Of a stretch of 64,000 bases of DNA, positions 47,169 to 57,156 are shown piece after piece. A program made the position numbers and the translations under genes. The notes beneath the pieces are model-generated. The model was not told where the DNA came from, did no database searches, and worked only from the letters and a program-made list of their open reading frames with translations. The stretch covers positions 416,001-480,000 of the forward strand of contig CAVRDX010000001.1 of NCBI GenBank assembly GCA_963719945.1. Direction: 5' to 3'. Source of the DNA: an uncultured Thermoplasmata archaeon. Lineage in GTDB: Archaea; Thermoplasmatota; Thermoplasmata; UBA10834. Within the stretch, counting starts at the first letter, position 1. Each line of letters starts with the position of its first letter.

Positions 47169-47855
47169 TTGAGACTCACGGACTGGATGCCGATCTACCG
47201 GCAGATCTGCTCCGAGTTCGGATTCTCCGAAGAGGAGGATGTCGTATCGGCACATATACTGGCTGAACTACTGATGCCCAGGTCGATGGATTGCGTCAGG
47301 GTCATGAGCCGTCTCATGAGAGATTCTCAGGAGGAGGTATATGTCTGCGGTTGTGGGGGAAGTCTCTCGGATGAATTGTCCTCCATACCTTCGCGGGCTT
47401 TCGTGATCGCAGCCGATGGAGCGACCACTAACCTGTTGGATTCTGGGATCAAGCCGAAGCTGATAGTCACGGACCTGGATGGTGAGATATGCGACCAGGT
47501 GGACGCGAATGCAGATGGGGCCATAGTGTTCGTGCATGCCCATGGTGATAATATCCCGTCGCTCAAGGAACAAGTGCCCTTGTTCACAGGTCCGATCATA
47601 GGGACCTGTCAGTGCGAGCCCGTCACCGGCATCTTCAATTTCGGCGGCTTCACTGACGGAGACCGGGCCGTGTGTATATCTGCAGAACTCGGGGCAAAGA
47701 AGGCGCATCTCATCGGATTCGACTTCGACAACCCCTCGTCCAAGTCCGGGAAGGTGCTGGAAGTAAAACGAAGGAAGTTGCACTGGGCTGAACGGATCAT
47801 AACTGATACTTCTGGTCCTGATTTCACAGTCATTGGCCTTGGATCTCGAACATAG
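47169..47855 (+). CDS. mptE: 6-hydroxymethyl-7,8-dihydropterin pyrophosphokinase (DUF115)
   Basis: IAADGA, VTDLDG, HAHGDN, NFGGFTDGDRA, GFDF, KRRKLHWA. Confidence 0.88.
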   Translation: MRLTDWMPIYRQICSEFGFSEEEDVVSAHILAELLMPRSMDCVRVMSRLMRDSQEEVYVCGCGGSLSDELSSIPSRAFVIAADGATTNLLDSGIKPKLIVTDLDGEICDQVDANADGAIVFVHAHGDNIPSLKEQVPLFTGPIIGTCQCEPVTGIFNFGGFTDGDRAVCISAELGAKKAHLIGFDFDNPSSKSGKVLEVKRRKLHWAERIITDTSGPDFTVIGLGSRT

Positions 47856-47920
47856 GGCTCGCTGCCAACATTATTCGACAGTCTTATAGCAGTGTACTGA
47901 GTTTCATCTTCGGGATTGGG

Positions 47921-48343
47921 ATGACTGTTGTCACCATGCAACAGGTCGAACTAGCACTCAAGAGAACCATCGGAAAGAAAGGGATGTCCGATGAGGAGAT
48001 TGAGAAGCTAGCGGAGTACCTGATGAGTTTCTTTGGATATACAGACGAAGTCATCGATAATAGACTGACTCCTGAGGACAGGGATGTCTTCTACATGCTT
48101 GAGGAGGCGGGCCTGCTCACGACGACCCAGGAAGAGGTCCTGCTCAAGAAGGGCAAACTCTGGAGGATACATTACTGGATTCTGAAGAAGGATCAGATCA
48201 TCCGGCTGGCCCTAACGGCCGAGGCCGGCAAGGTAGATGTGGATCATTCGACGGATGTATATGATGAGCTGTCCGATGAGGAATGGGCAAGGCACCGCCC
48301 TTCAGTGCCCGATCCCCCTGATGGCCATGGCGAAAAAGAATGA
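47921..48343 (+). CDS. DUF6015-family (Thermoplasmata-type) protein
   Basis: FFGYTDEVIDNRLTPEDRDVFYMLEEAGLL...WRIHYW. Confidence 0.7.
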   Translation: MTVVTMQQVELALKRTIGKKGMSDEEIEKLAEYLMSFFGYTDEVIDNRLTPEDRDVFYMLEEAGLLTTTQEEVLLKKGKLWRIHYWILKKDQIIRLALTAEAGKVDVDHSTDVYDELSDEEWARHRPSVPDPPDGHGEKE

Positions 48344-48391
48344 AACCAATTAATATCTGTATCCTGATGCGCTGACAGTTGGTTTCCTGAA

Positions 48392-49999
48392 ATGAATGGA
48401 TACTTGATAGCGCTCATTGTCTTCATCGCATGGATCATTCTGATATACATACTCAACAAGTCCAAATGGCTCGAGCGTCACCACATGAGCCTCATGGGTC
48501 CCATGATAATGATGAAGACCCAGAAAGGCAGGGATTTCATCGACCGGGTATCCAAGCGAAAGAGGCTCTGGACCATCTATGGTAAACTGTCCCTGTGGAT
48601 ATGCGCGGGGTCTATGGTGACAATCATGGTGCTCCTCCTTTGGGAGGCGACCATAGTCGACCAGGTCGAACAGGCACCTTCACCAGAGTTGATACTCGGG
48701 ATACCGGGTATAAACCCGGTGATACCTTTGGGATATGGGATACTGGGACTCGTTGTCGCCATCGTCGTGCACGAATTGGCACATGGAATAATGACTCGTC
48801 TGGGCAACATGAAGCTCGTGTCTCTCGGCGTGCTCTTCTTCGTGTTCCCTGTTGGCGCATTCGTGGAACCCGATGAGACGGAGCTGCAGTCGACCACACG
48901 GAAGAACAGGTCGAGGGTCTTCGCTGCAGGTCCTGCGACTAACATGATAGTCGCCATCATCGTATTATCTCTGTTCTCCGGTGTCATGATGGCCTCCGTG
49001 GAGCCTGCCGAGGACGGCGCTCTGGCCATGGGTGTGGTGGAGGGTTCGCCCGTCAATTTCGCAGGCGTCATAACATCGAGCCTTGTGACATCCATCGGCG
49101 ATGTGGAGTTGACTTCAGCCGAAGACCTCGACGAGATATCTTCCATTGATCCTGGATCGCTAGTAGATGTCGAATACTCGTTCTCGGGAGAACACCTTAC
49201 TGCTTCAGACGTCGTGTATGGATTAGTCGTTTCATACACCGTGAATGATTATGCTGCCAACATCGGTGGTCTGCATACAGGGATGGTAATCCTCTCGTTG
49301 AACGATACAGAGCTCAGGAATATGGATGACCTGAGACAGGCGATGTTGTTGACTCGCGCGGGTCAGTCCGTCAATGTCTCCATCATGAGCTATGAGGATG
49401 CCAACGAATCATTCGGGATCGATCCGACGATAACATCGCTCACGCTTTCCGATAAATACGATTTCTACGAGGAGTTCTATCCTTCGGACAATGAGGATTC
49501 CTTCATTGGTCAGGGATATCTCGGAGCGGGCTTCTTGAACATGGGACTCGATGTCGAGGATGCGGACTACTACGCAGCTATTCTTGCCGACCCGTTCGAT
49601 GGTGACAGGAATCTGGATGATTTCTCCAGGTCGTGGCTCAGGCTGATAGCATTGCCATTCCTCGACCTGGCCCCGTTGCGGTCTCCGGTCACTGACCTTT
49701 ACGAACCAAGCGGGGCGTTCGCATGGATGCCTGCGGGGGCCTTCTGGATCCTTACAAATTCATTGTATTGGATATTCTGGCTGAACCTGATGCTCGGCCT
49801 GACAAATGTGCTTCCTGCAGTGCCGCTGGATGGAGGATATCTGTTCCGTGACTCGGCGGATTATCTGCTCAGCAAGATCCGGAAAGGTCTTTCGACCGAG
49901 CAGAGGGAGAAAGCTGTTGGCACTCTGACGCTGATGTTCGCGCTGTCGGTGTTGTTCCTCATACTCTGGCAATTGATAGGTCCTGCCCTGCTTAATTGA
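48392..49999 (+). CDS. Site-2 protease (M50) with PDZ-like domains
   Basis: HELAH, GAFVEPD, AAGPATN, NVLPAVPLDGG. Confidence 0.92.
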   Translation: MNGYLIALIVFIAWIILIYILNKSKWLERHHMSLMGPMIMMKTQKGRDFIDRVSKRKRLWTIYGKLSLWICAGSMVTIMVLLLWEATIVDQVEQAPSPELILGIPGINPVIPLGYGILGLVVAIVVHELAHGIMTRLGNMKLVSLGVLFFVFPVGAFVEPDETELQSTTRKNRSRVFAAGPATNMIVAIIVLSLFSGVMMASVEPAEDGALAMGVVEGSPVNFAGVITSSLVTSIGDVELTSAEDLDEISSIDPGSLVDVEYSFSGEHLTASDVVYGLVVSYTVNDYAANIGGLHTGMVILSLNDTELRNMDDLRQAMLLTRAGQSVNVSIMSYEDANESFGIDPTITSLTLSDKYDFYEEFYPSDNEDSFIGQGYLGAGFLNMGLDVEDADYYAAILADPFDGDRNLDDFSRSWLRLIALPFLDLAPLRSPVTDLYEPSGAFAWMPAGAFWILTNSLYWIFWLNLMLGLTNVLPAVPLDGGYLFRDSADYLLSKIRKGLSTEQREKAVGTLTLMFALSVLFLILWQLIGPALLN

Positions 50000-50040
50000 G
50001 AAAGGGTTTTATTACCGAATCTGTTACCAAGTTCGGTACT

Positions 50041-50616
50041 ATGTTCTCGCCAGAGAAGGACATGAAGGAACTGGTCCTCGAGATACTGAAGAAGGACCCC
50101 GCATCGATAAGCGGCATATGTCGAGAGCTCGGCACCAGAGGCGTCAAGCTCCACCGGCTTGAGCTGACGGGGTATCTCAAGGCCCTCGCAGACCTGAACA
50201 TACTCAAGGCCAGGGATATCAAGCCAGCGAAAGTATTCTCAATATCCTCTTCCAGGGAGAAGAACATATACGAACTCATAGGCGAAGCTGCCTCCATGAA
50301 CGCCGGAACATCCACTGAGCGAGCCACATTGGCCGCCTACTGCCTCCAGCGGCTCTTCAAACGGGCTGTGTTCGATATGGAGGTGCGTAGATGCAACCTG
50401 GATGGCGTGGTCGTGGGGCGGAAGGCGACTCAAGAGGAACGGACCGATGCGAAGGTTGTATTGACTCGCATGGGATACAAGGTCCCGAACAGCGACGTGC
50501 CGACGATAGTGGAAGCGGATCTCGACGAGGACTTCATGAAGGTTCTTGCGGAGATCGTGGCTGAGCGGTTCAATCTGCGCTCGCATATGAAGGAGACCGT
50601 CCAGACCAAACTCTGA
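50041..50616 (+). CDS. Winged-helix-like hypothetical protein
   Basis: SISGICRELGTRGVKLHRLELTGYLKAL; PIP-like QTKL end. Confidence 0.65.
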   Translation: MFSPEKDMKELVLEILKKDPASISGICRELGTRGVKLHRLELTGYLKALADLNILKARDIKPAKVFSISSSREKNIYELIGEAASMNAGTSTERATLAAYCLQRLFKRAVFDMEVRRCNLDGVVVGRKATQEERTDAKVVLTRMGYKVPNSDVPTIVEADLDEDFMKVLAEIVAERFNLRSHMKETVQTKL

Positions 50617-50651
50617 GATCGATGTATCCCATAGATGGCGGTAATGTGGAC

Positions 50652-51626
50652 ATGATAGATGCTGACGGACTGGTCGAGGCGATCAGGGCGTATCGAGGGG
50701 TGGTGAGGAAATCTCCTATATCCTCTGTCGTCTCCAAACTGCTTCCCATGGATGCCAAGGGCATCATCGCGACCCACGGGGAGGATGCGGCTGCTATAGA
50801 GTCAGGGTCGGAAGTGCTTCTGCTGGCTGCTGATGGCATACGACCTGACCTTGTGCAGAAGAATCCGCGATGGGCGGGCTATTGCGCAGTACTCGTCAAC
50901 GTCAACGACATCGCTGCGATGGGTGGCTTGCCGATTGCGGCAGTCAATGTCCTGTCATGCTCTGATGCATCGAGACGCAGGAAGATCGTCGATGGAATGA
51001 GATTCGCATGTGACAAGTTCGGTGTGCCCATGGTGGGTGGGCACCTGCATCCTGACACTACGTATGATGCGATCGATGTGGCGATATTGGGAAAGACCGA
51101 CAAGGATCATCTCCTGCTCAGTTCAGGGGCAAGGAACGGCGATTCAATCGTATTCGCGATGGATTTGGCAGGGAGATTCACCCGTGGACTCAAATATTCC
51201 TGGGATACGACGAGCACGAAAACACCTGCTGAGGTCCAGAGACATTTGAGATTGATGCACAGGATGGCACCAATGCTGAGTTCTGGTAAGGATATCAGCA
51301 ATCCTGGATCGTTGGGGACGCTTGGCATGCTCTTGGAATCGAGTTCATGCGGGGCGGAGGTAGATGTATCATTGATACCTAGACCCGGGAATGTCGACCT
51401 CCTGCAATGGCTCCTCGCGTATCAGGGGTTCGGTTTCGTCGTGACATGCGAATCGAGCAAGGTGAGATCAGTCCTGAGCAGGTTCAGTCGTGCAGGCATA
51501 CAGGCCGCACGATGCGGAGAGGTCACAAGATCACATAGACTGGATTTGATTTTCCAAGGTGAAAGTCGCACGCTGTTCGATTTCGGGACCGACACCTTCG
51601 GATGCTCGACTCCGCAAAAGCTATGA
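50652..51626 (+). CDS. AIR-synthase-like protein (methanogenesis marker 2/sll0787 type)
   Basis: GEDAAAI, LLAADGI, WAGYCAVLVNVNDIAAMGG, VGGHLHPD, GKDISNPG. Confidence 0.82.
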   Translation: MIDADGLVEAIRAYRGVVRKSPISSVVSKLLPMDAKGIIATHGEDAAAIESGSEVLLLAADGIRPDLVQKNPRWAGYCAVLVNVNDIAAMGGLPIAAVNVLSCSDASRRRKIVDGMRFACDKFGVPMVGGHLHPDTTYDAIDVAILGKTDKDHLLLSSGARNGDSIVFAMDLAGRFTRGLKYSWDTTSTKTPAEVQRHLRLMHRMAPMLSSGKDISNPGSLGTLGMLLESSSCGAEVDVSLIPRPGNVDLLQWLLAYQGFGFVVTCESSKVRSVLSRFSRAGIQAARCGEVTRSHRLDLIFQGESRTLFDFGTDTFGCSTPQKL

Positions 51627-51793
51627 GCACGCTGGCGCTTCATGTTGATAGGAAGAGCGAGAAACACGGTAACACAGCGGTTAGCAACCAATCCGAGAGG
51701 GCGCCTAAACGCTCGGGTAGGTTGAGCTAGTAAAAGGATGCTGTCACGCTGCGGCGTCCGCCGTGCTCGACTCTCTTGAGAAAAATAGAGGAG

Positions 51794-52105
51794 TGCTAGG
51801 CGACTGGGGTTGCCGGCCTCTCCATGCGCCAGCTACCCAGAAACCTCCTCGGTCCCGCTTCCCGGTGAGCGTTGATAGTTCGCGGTAAGGCTGCTCCCGT
51901 CAGGGCCTGACCCGATCTCCGCGACAAAGGCAGACACTCCCGCCCTCCGGCAGGAGCATATAGCCCCCTTCAACCCCATCGGACAGGGCCTCACTGTCGG
52001 CTTCTGGACTGGCGCCGGTTCGGTTACGACGTCCCCAGCTGTCACCCCCACTGTCGACGATTTTGGTGTATAAGGACACGCCGAACGTCCCGGTCGAGCC
52101 TAGCA
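51794..52105 (-). ncRNA. ffs: Archaeal SRP (7S) RNA
   Basis: Terminal helix TGCTAGGC/GCCTAGCA; Alu loops TTCGGCG/CGTCGA; helix 6 CTCCTGCC-GGAG-GGCGGGAG; helix 8 CAGGCCC-TGAC-GGGAGCAG; about 312 nt followed by a T-tract. Confidence 0.92.
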
Positions 52106-52376
52106 TGCCGGAATATAAACTACAACTAAAAGGAGTTTTGCTCACAAATATCGTTTTTCAAGCTGAATCTGCGGGGGGACTGGTGAGACATGCCCGTGCG
52201 CGAGTATCGACAGATTCATTCGATTCTCGCTCTCTGTGCAGATAAAAGCTCAGTCAGGTTAATATAGCTATGAATGGGTTTCCCGTCGCAACCTTGGGGG
52301 GAGAGTTTGGACGTTCTTAGCGGCCAACTCGCCTGACACGACGTATCAAGGGGGATATTACGGAGTGGTTTAAGGC

Positions 52377-55010
52377 ATGAACATTTGCAAGAGAGGCATA
52401 GCGTTAGCAATGTGTGCAATAATGGTCTCTATGGCTATTGCGGGACCGATCCTGTTTGTGGCCCCGCAGAATGCGGCTGCCGCGGACCCGGTACGGATGA
52501 CGATTGGTACCTTACAGGATCCTGGAACACTGAACCCGTTCTCAATGGTTCTCAGCATGGCATATACGATCTCGTTCTTGATGTATGATACACTGAATTC
52601 AGTTGAACCAGACCTTAGCTCTGGTCCACAACTGGCACGTACATGGTATCACAACGATGATGGAACTGTTTGGTACTACAACACCTCACAGGATGCATAC
52701 TGGCACGATGATGTCCAGGTCACGGCTGAAGATGTCGCATTTACCTTCAACCTCATTTTGGATAATCCGAAGGATTGCGCGCTCTGGGTTGATTACCTCG
52801 CAAATATCACGGATGTCACTGCTGTGAACGATTTCCAGGTTAGAATAACTACGGAAGTGCCAAAGGCGACGATGCTGAGCATAAATGTGCCGATTCTTCC
52901 GAAGCACGTATGGGAATTGATACCGCTCAACAAGCTCACCACAGCAAGCTACTCGGACACGAACTACTTCCCGAACGGCGGAATCGGATCTGGTGTGCTC
53001 AAGCTGGAGGAGTATGTGCGGGATGATTACATCCTTATGTCAAAATGGGACAGATACTACATCGATACAGCTAATGTCGATGAGGTATTGTACAAGATCT
53101 ACACCGATCCCAGTGCCATGATGAACGCACTATATTCCGGAGAGCTCGATGTCGCAACGGGTGTGTCTACGGAATCGTGGTCAGCAACTCTTGCTAAGCC
53201 ATCGATCGAAGGCCAGGCGGTCAAATCGCTGTCACTCTTCGAGCTCGGAGTCAACTGCATGCCTGAAGATATGAGGGAGAATTTCCCACAGGCAAGCGAA
53301 AACCTTGAGATGAACAACCTCTCGGTGCGCCAGGCCATTGCCATGTGCGTCAACAGGACCTACCTAGTCGATACGGTTCTGAGCGGTCTTGCAGAGGAAG
53401 GCAGCTCGCTGATTCCGAATGCAACTGCTCAGTGGCATTACAATGTTCCTGCGGATGAGGAATTCAAATTCGATCTTGAGGCAGCTGGAGCTCTGCTGGA
53501 TGCTGCAGGATACAGGGATGAGAACCATGACGGCACGCGTGAGAATGTGACAAGCGGTGTCGAACTGGCGGATCTCATATTCTACTACAGAAACGATGTG
53601 CCTGTCGCGGATCAGCTTGCTGCAGAACATATCTCGGATAACCTTGCACTGATTGGCATTGATGCGCCGGACCAGGGTATTGCAGAGAGCACAATGTACA
53701 CATACTGGTACCAGGCCAGGTACGATCTGTATATATGGGCATGGGACACCGATGTAGACCCATCCTTCATGCTGTCTGTCATGACGACCGATCAGATACC
53801 TGATGATCCAACTGACTGGACGGCATGGTCGGATTGCTTCTACGCGAACCCGGTATACGATGCGTTGTTCATCGAACAGCAGAACACGGTGGATTTCGAG
53901 GATCGGCAGACTATCGTCCATGAGATGCAGCAAATACTGTACCGGGACTGTCCATACATCGTCCTCTGGTATCCATATGGCCTGTACGCGTACAGGACGG
54001 ACAGGTTCTACAACTTCCCTGACATGGAGACCTACTCCGGTTCGACGCCAGGGTCGATGTGGTTCTTCTTCGACGTAACGCCAATTGGTGCTAACACCGC
54101 GCCGTATGATGTCGATGCGGGATCTGACCAGACCGTCCTTGTTAATACCGAACTCTCCTTCACAGGAAGTGCGGCCGATATCGAGACCCCGAACCAATTG
54201 ACATATGAATGGACATTCACAGAACCTGACGATTCTGAGAGCACTCTATCTGGTTCGACGGTAAGTTATTTGTTCGAGAACATCGGCGTTGTAGATGTCA
54301 TGCTCACGGTATCGGATCCAGATGGTATGTCCACTTCAGATTCGTTACAGGTGACTGTGGATGATGTTCCCGTGGACAGTGGATGGATCATCGGCCGAGT
54401 GATAGATTCATCCGAGGCACCGATTGCGAGTGCCACTGTTACTGGCGGAATCTACAGCGTGAGCACCAATGCAACTGGCGACTATAACCTGACATTGGTC
54501 GCAGGCACATATACCGTCACAGCCTCGAAGGCAGGATATGGTTCATCCTCTGCCGAGGTGACCGTCGAAGCAGCGACGCATGTCACGCAGAACTTCACGC
54601 TAGCGGTCTCTGTGGGGTCTATCTCCGGTATCATAACGGATGCAGACACCGGCCTTCCGATCGAGGGTGCGACCGTCAAGCTAATTGGTACAACGAAGAT
54701 CGTGAATACCAACGTGACAGGAGCATATTCCTTCGCGAGCCTTGTAGCGGGTACATACACGGTGAATGTCAGCAAGAATGGGTACATCTCGAACGAGACT
54801 GAGGTGGAGGTCGTAGCTGGGGAGGTTACGGAAGTCAACATGTACATGTCCGTTGAACCATCCTCATCGAGCGAAGGTGGCATAAGTGGCACACTTCTAG
54901 CTGTCATAGGTGGAATAATCGCACTGATTGTTGTGGCGCTGATAGTGAGTGCGATATTGAAACGCAAGAAGAATGCGGCACCACCGCCAGAGGAGCCTCC
55001 GGTAGCGTGA
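52377..55010 (+). CDS. Peptide/nickel ABC transporter substrate-binding protein with PKD and carboxypeptidase-regulatory-like domains and C-terminal TM anchor
   Basis: Family-5 SBP motifs (WHDDVQVTAEDVAFT, VRQAIAMCVNR), PKD (YEWTF...LTVSDPDG), two G.PI.GATV beta-sandwich repeats, TM plus KRKK. Confidence 0.88.
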   Translation: MNICKRGIALAMCAIMVSMAIAGPILFVAPQNAAAADPVRMTIGTLQDPGTLNPFSMVLSMAYTISFLMYDTLNSVEPDLSSGPQLARTWYHNDDGTVWYYNTSQDAYWHDDVQVTAEDVAFTFNLILDNPKDCALWVDYLANITDVTAVNDFQVRITTEVPKATMLSINVPILPKHVWELIPLNKLTTASYSDTNYFPNGGIGSGVLKLEEYVRDDYILMSKWDRYYIDTANVDEVLYKIYTDPSAMMNALYSGELDVATGVSTESWSATLAKPSIEGQAVKSLSLFELGVNCMPEDMRENFPQASENLEMNNLSVRQAIAMCVNRTYLVDTVLSGLAEEGSSLIPNATAQWHYNVPADEEFKFDLEAAGALLDAAGYRDENHDGTRENVTSGVELADLIFYYRNDVPVADQLAAEHISDNLALIGIDAPDQGIAESTMYTYWYQARYDLYIWAWDTDVDPSFMLSVMTTDQIPDDPTDWTAWSDCFYANPVYDALFIEQQNTVDFEDRQTIVHEMQQILYRDCPYIVLWYPYGLYAYRTDRFYNFPDMETYSGSTPGSMWFFFDVTPIGANTAPYDVDAGSDQTVLVNTELSFTGSAADIETPNQLTYEWTFTEPDDSESTLSGSTVSYLFENIGVVDVMLTVSDPDGMSTSDSLQVTVDDVPVDSGWIIGRVIDSSEAPIASATVTGGIYSVSTNATGDYNLTLVAGTYTVTASKAGYGSSSAEVTVEAATHVTQNFTLAVSVGSISGIITDADTGLPIEGATVKLIGTTKIVNTNVTGAYSFASLVAGTYTVNVSKNGYISNETEVEVVAGEVTEVNMYMSVEPSSSSEGGISGTLLAVIGGIIALIVVALIVSAILKRKKNAAPPPEEPPVA

Positions 55011-55125
55011 TCACGTTATCGCAGGCAAACCCTACCAAACCCTTTTCCATCATGCTTTCCTTCGCAGTGATTGCAGGGGACTTCGCTCCAGAATACAAAA
55101 ATGAGGATCTAATGGGTGAATTATA

Positions 55126-56109
55126 ATGCGGAGCATTAGACGAATCTTGATTCGCAAAGGTCTGAATTCTCTGACGACTATCGTGCTTGTAGTGATTCTG
55201 AACTTCTTCCTCTTCAGGGTGATGCCTGGCAACCCTCTGCAGTTCATGGTGCCTCAGAACCCTGAGATTCCCGTGGAATACAAGGAGATGCTTATCGATA
55301 AATTCGCTCTCGACCAGCCGTGGTACACTCAGTTCCCAACTTACCTGTGGAACATGGTTAATCTGGAATTTGGTGATTCGTTCATCTATTCCGGTACTGA
55401 TGCCATGTCCTATGTGATGGATAAGATGGTATGGACTCTAATCCTCACTGGGACCGCCTCCATCCTCATGATCGTCATTGGCATGTCGATGGGAATAATC
55501 TCTGCCTGGAAGCGAGGCAGTGCCTTCGATACGGGTTCACTTGCGTTCTCCCTATTCTTCTACGCGATGCCAACATTCTGGTTCGCGATGATGCTGATAG
55601 TGGTTTTCTCGACCGGGCTACATTGGTTCCCATCCAATAGCGCTCTCACATATGGGACGCAGCTCGAGCTGACATTGGTTTCGATCAAGGACCTGTTACG
55701 ACATCTTGTGTTACCCGTGGCGAGTCTCACCATCGGGAGTATTGCCGCTTTCGCCCTGATCATGCGAGGATCTCTTGTCGATGTCATGACTGAGGAATTC
55801 ATCACCACCGCGAGAGCGAAAGGGCTTCCTGAGTCGAAGGTATTGAAAGACCATGCGGTGCCAAACGCCATGCTGCCGATGGTCGCGCTCATTGCAATTG
55901 ATCTGGCCTTCGTGGTCGGAGGGGCATTCCAGACCGAGGTTGTGTTCAACTATCCTGGCATTGGTTATGCTACCGTCGAGGCAACCTTGAAGCAAGACTG
56001 GCCTATCCTTCAGGCTGCGTTCTTCCTTATTGCAGTGGTAGTGATATTGGCCAATTTCATAGCGGATGTGTTGATCGTGTACCTTGATCCCAGGATTAGG
56101 ATGGGGTGA
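55126..56109 (+). CDS. dppB: Peptide ABC transporter permease (DppB/OppB)
   Basis: MPGNP, GDSF, EAA motif TARAKGLPE, EVVFNYPGIG, QDWPILQ. Confidence 0.9.
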   Translation: MRSIRRILIRKGLNSLTTIVLVVILNFFLFRVMPGNPLQFMVPQNPEIPVEYKEMLIDKFALDQPWYTQFPTYLWNMVNLEFGDSFIYSGTDAMSYVMDKMVWTLILTGTASILMIVIGMSMGIISAWKRGSAFDTGSLAFSLFFYAMPTFWFAMMLIVVFSTGLHWFPSNSALTYGTQLELTLVSIKDLLRHLVLPVASLTIGSIAAFALIMRGSLVDVMTEEFITTARAKGLPESKVLKDHAVPNAMLPMVALIAIDLAFVVGGAFQTEVVFNYPGIGYATVEATLKQDWPILQAAFFLIAVVVILANFIADVLIVYLDPRIRMG

Positions 56110-57110
56110 ATGAAATGTCCGAGATCAAAGAGGAAGCACGAAGCCAAGCGACAAGCATTGTTCCACGAAAGGGATTGCTGTCTGAGCCGACTATTGAGAA
56201 GTTCAAATTATCCAGAAAAAAGGCGAGTCAGATATGGCGGATCTACCGAAAGAACTGGATGGGCATGTTGGGCCTGTCGATCCTGATCGGGTTCATTGTG
56301 ATGGCTGTATTCTCTCCGCAGATAATGTGGGTGCTATCCATAATCGGCGGATGGGATCACGCTTATGAGCCATTTGAGAGGGTAACAACGACCCGCCTTG
56401 TGAATCCACCTTCGCCAGAACACTGGCTTGGTACGGATATTCGAGGGTACGATATCCTGACTAGAGTGATCTATGGGAGCCAGGTGTCTCTTGAGATTGG
56501 GCTGGTAGCGACGCTGGTGTCCATGGGGCTCGGAACTGCAGTCGGCCTTCTGAGTGGATTCTGGGGTGGATGGCGAGACGAGGTCCTCATGCGTGTCACG
56601 GATGTCTTCCTTGTGCTGCCTTGGCTTGTCCTGATGATTGTCCTGGCTGCCGTGCTTCCAGGAGGAGCAAGCGTGGGCAAGGTGATATTCGTGATTGGAA
56701 TCACCGGATGGTCGAGCACTGCCAGGATAGTCAGAGCACAGGTCTTCTCACTCAAAGAGCGGGCATTCATCGAACGGGCCAGAGCCATTGGGGCAAATGA
56801 CTACTATATCGTGAGGAAACACATATTCCCTAACGTATTCCCTCTGGTGTTCGCGAATTCGATCCTCACCGTCGCCCTATCGATTCTGTCTGAGAGCACA
56901 CTGAGCTACATAGGATTGGGACCCCTTCCAAATGAGGTGGTAACATGGGGCAACATGTTGCAGGACGCTGATGATGGCCAAGCCATCCATAACGGCCTGT
57001 ATATGTGGATATTGGTGCCGGGTTTATGTATAGTGATGCTTGTGCTAGCGTTCACTTTCATAGGCTATGCCTTGGACGAGATATTCAACCCCAAGCTCAG
57101 GAAGCGTTAG
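56106..57110 (+). CDS. dppC: Peptide ABC transporter permease (DppC/OppC)
   Basis: HWLGTDIRGYDI, FIERARAIGA, ESTLSYIGLG, WGNML, FNPKLRKR. Confidence 0.9.
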   Translation: MNEMSEIKEEARSQATSIVPRKGLLSEPTIEKFKLSRKKASQIWRIYRKNWMGMLGLSILIGFIVMAVFSPQIMWVLSIIGGWDHAYEPFERVTTTRLVNPPSPEHWLGTDIRGYDILTRVIYGSQVSLEIGLVATLVSMGLGTAVGLLSGFWGGWRDEVLMRVTDVFLVLPWLVLMIVLAAVLPGGASVGKVIFVIGITGWSSTARIVRAQVFSLKERAFIERARAIGANDYYIVRKHIFPNVFPLVFANSILTVALSILSESTLSYIGLGPLPNEVVTWGNMLQDADDGQAIHNGLYMWILVPGLCIVMLVLAFTFIGYALDEIFNPKLRKR

Positions 57111-57156
57111 GTCGAGCCTAGAGGAAAACCCGACGACCAGATCTGAGCGGGTCTGG

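Noticed and set aside
51625-51768. SECIS element or RNase P RNA
   Set aside because: No in-frame TGA in the upstream gene, no clear archaeal SECIS GAA/A motif, and RNase P hallmark sequences are absent.
1315-54967. Long antisense/overlapping ORFs in the track (e.g. 1315-1920, 32400-33161, 48577-49239, 53364-54197)
   Set aside because: Shadow frames of well-supported genes on the opposite strand, with no protein motifs.
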